Of a stretch of DNA of 64,000 bases, positions 61,040-64,000 are shown piece by piece. Made by a program: the position numbers and the translations under genes. Every line of letters begins with the position of its first letter. The stretch's first letter is position 1. This stretch comes from the human T2T-CHM13v2.0 reference genome, Homo sapiens, in the NCBI RefSeq assembly GCF_009914755.1, contig NC_060947.1. The stretch is one strand, 5' to 3'. Below the pieces are notes generated by a model. That model was not told the DNA's origin, did no database searches, and worked only from the letters and a program-made list of their open reading frames with translations.

Positions 61040-61950
61040 TTTATCTTCCAAGAGCATCCAATGTAGTAGTGAAGATGAGTGCATAATACCAAGCATTATA
61101 CAAACATCAGGAGATGTAGATTGTCCCAAGAGAGTTCAAATGAGGAAGAAATCATATTCGGTTGGGGAGATCTAGGAAGAATGCAAGGAAAAGGTAAGAT
61201 TTGAGATGGGCCTTGCATGATGGGCAGACTTCAATAAACAGAGATGTATGGGGGTAAGAGCATTCCAGGAAAAAAGAATGGCCTGAGCAAAAGAGACCGA
61301 GGAGAACCAGAGCTGAACACAGGTTTGCAGAACAGTGCAGAGTCCAATTTAGCTTGATAGCCAAAGATATAAAGGGAAGTAAGAGGAGATGATGCTGGAA
61401 GACCCTTAGGCCCATAATCTGGAAAACCTTGAAGGTCAGGCTGCACACTCTTTTCTTGAGGAAGCCGGCAGTGTGGAAAACCACTGAAGGTTTCTGAACA
61501 GGAAGTGGCATGATGAGTGCTTTAGTTTCAAACAGTTCATCTGGAATCAGTATGGAATGAACCGAAGGAGAAAGGGATAGAAGTTGGCGGCTAGTGTTTT
61601 CTCAGGCAAAAAGTGAAAAGTGTTTGAAATGTAGCAGTAAGAAGGAGCAAGAGAAAGGTGGAGACGAATGCAAAAGACACTGCTGGAGGTAAATCTACCA
61701 GACTTAGGCATTTATTGGATGTAAGGGTCATGAGAGAGGAAAGAAAGAAAGAAGGGGAGAAGAAAGAAGGGAGAAAGAAAAGAAAAGAAAAGAGAGAAAG
61801 AAAGAGAAGGAAGAAGAAAAAGAAGAAGAAGGAGGAGAAGGAGAAGGAGAAGAAGAAGAAGAAGAGAGAAAGAAGAGAAGAGAAGGAAGAGAAGAAAAGA
61901 GAAGAGCCTGTCTTTGAGGTTTCCATTCTTGCCAACTGGTAGGCTACAAA
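61040..61950 (-). mobile_element. L2 fragment containing a GA-rich expansion
   Basis: gatttgagatgggccttg...gagcattccagg...ccactgaaggtttctgaacaggaagtggcatgat. Confidence 0.7.
61733..61906. repeat. Polypurine (GAAA/GAA/GAG)n tract
   Basis: About 170 bp of pure A/G. Confidence 0.95.
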
Positions 61951-63579
61951 TACCATGAACCAAAATAAAGAAGTCAGTAGGATGTGGGGAAAATGCTTAG
62001 CCGGATTTTGACTCAAAGCAAAGGCAAAGTAAATAATGCCTAATGTCAGTATGAACTGAATCATTAAACCCCAAGTATAAAGAAATCTTATTGCATATCT
62101 TATGTTGATGGGCCTCATGATCTGTTCTCTTCAAACAGCCCAGTTAGAGTTATAGGTAGTGCCATATCAAGAACCAGAAACCAAAGAAATAGGTCCTGAT
62201 AAAATCTTCAGAAGAGTGCTTATCAGGTCAGGTTTGCAAATGACTTGAGGCATTGTGATAATGGAAAGGGCCAAGACAGGTTCCACATATGGCCAGTAGT
62301 TTTTAAACTTTGGGAGTCAACTAAACTCTAGGGAGATACCATCTTTCTCTCCGAGAAAAACAAACATAGGCACATACTCACACGTTAAAAGATAAAATTG
62401 GGGGAGAGGTTTTCACAGAGAGGTGTAATCTGAGGTGTACAGGAGTATCTGAAGTAAAGACTGAACATTTTGATAGCCTGCCTAGAAAGAATGACAGTGT
62501 CCTAAAAGATCAGAATTTGAACAAGCCAACACTGCACAAATCAGAAATGGGTGAGGTGGGAAGATGATGAAGAAAGCAAAGCCAAAGATGGAGAATTAAG
62601 ATACAGTCCTAGCCGCCAAATGTCCCTGTGTGTTAAATAGGAAAAGCAGCACAGCTGCCAAATGTTTCAAGTCTACAGACTCCAGCAAGACACTTGATTC
62701 AGGAATCTACAGTTTTGGGAGTTTGTCTTGGAAGCTTTCATACCACTAGCCTCAGAGCCCAGATACAGAACCGGTGTCAAATGCCTTTAAGTGGAATAGA
62801 ATATTGAGATGATCTCTAGGAAGGAAAAAGGCAGCAAATAAGTTTAAACTCAGAGAGGAGACACAACTCCTGGCAGGAAGCTTTCCTAGAGAGAAGGGTA
62901 GTGTTAATTACTACTGAAAGATAAAAATCATATGCCTTCTTTTTTGGAATTGCTACTCTTCCCTACAGATCAGCAATTTTTTGAGCATGTGCAAGCGTGT
63001 TTTCTTTTTGAAGGTGTTGATGTTGAAATGATAGCTGCTTTCAATTTGCAGAAATCTAAGCAGGGGGTCAGTGTTCAGCAACTAAATCAAAGAGCAATTG
63101 TGCCTTTCGACTTTAAAAAATAAACGTCCCTATCATAGACCTACTGCTGTAGAGACTCACAGAGCCGTGCCAATTGGCTGCTTCCTCAAATGTGCCTTGT
63201 GTACGATCCTAGGCTCAAGAGAACAAGGCAAAAGGGCAATGGTGAGTCTAAACAGAGGCAGCATTCTGAACTCAGGTACTGCACGAGATGTACTGCTTGA
63301 TGGGGAGGGCATTTCTTGAGCAAAGGAAACAGTTGTACCATCTAGACTCAGAAAAATGCTAAAAGTGAAGTGCCACAGTCATGTCTGAGGAGCGCTGGAG
63401 GGGTGGCACAAGCAGAAGAGTAAGATAAGAGGAAATGAGATGCTGAATGCAGAGCCAGGAGACCTGGGTTGAAGTCTCAGTTTTACATTACCGCTGCGTA
63501 ACTTTGTATATATGTAAGTCATTCAGCTTCTTTATCTGCACAATAGGCTTAATGATAACAACTCTACCTATTTCAGAGA

Positions 63580-64000
<421 letters not shown>

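Noticed and set aside
62969-63241. Plus-strand exon candidate (ctcttccctacag acceptor, ATG|GTGAGT donor, 273 nt)
   Set aside because: Stop codons in all three frames; at most a non-coding exon, and nothing else supports it.

Overview
This is primate (human-like) genomic DNA that looks intronic or intergenic. I found no credible protein-coding exon, CpG island, promoter, tRNA/rRNA or CRISPR array. The window is dominated by interspersed repeats. There are about 60 Alu copies or fragments (roughly a quarter of the bases) and three 5'-truncated L1PA copies, the longest being 3.46 kb of broken ORF2 on the minus strand. Older repeats include many L1M/L1PB pieces, one near full-length but internally deleted L1M at about 26.5-31.9 kb, solo LTRs (MLT2, 2x THE1, 2x MLT1, MER50, MER51-like, MST), DNA transposons (Tigger3, Tigger2a, MER33, MER5A), MIR/L2 relics and microsatellites. 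The only RNA-gene-derived feature is a Y1 RNA retrocopy at 20556-20666. Nearly all listed ORFs are Alu, L1 or low-complexity artefacts. I see no new biological system. The notable items are retrotransposition and rearrangement structures: trimeric Alus under single TSDs, a Y1+Alu unit under one TSD, poly(A)-only insertions, a twin-priming inversion, and a very young AluYc1-like copy. There are also a few candidate regulatory or splice elements. Subfamily names come from recalled consensus sequences, and boundaries of old repeats are approximate.
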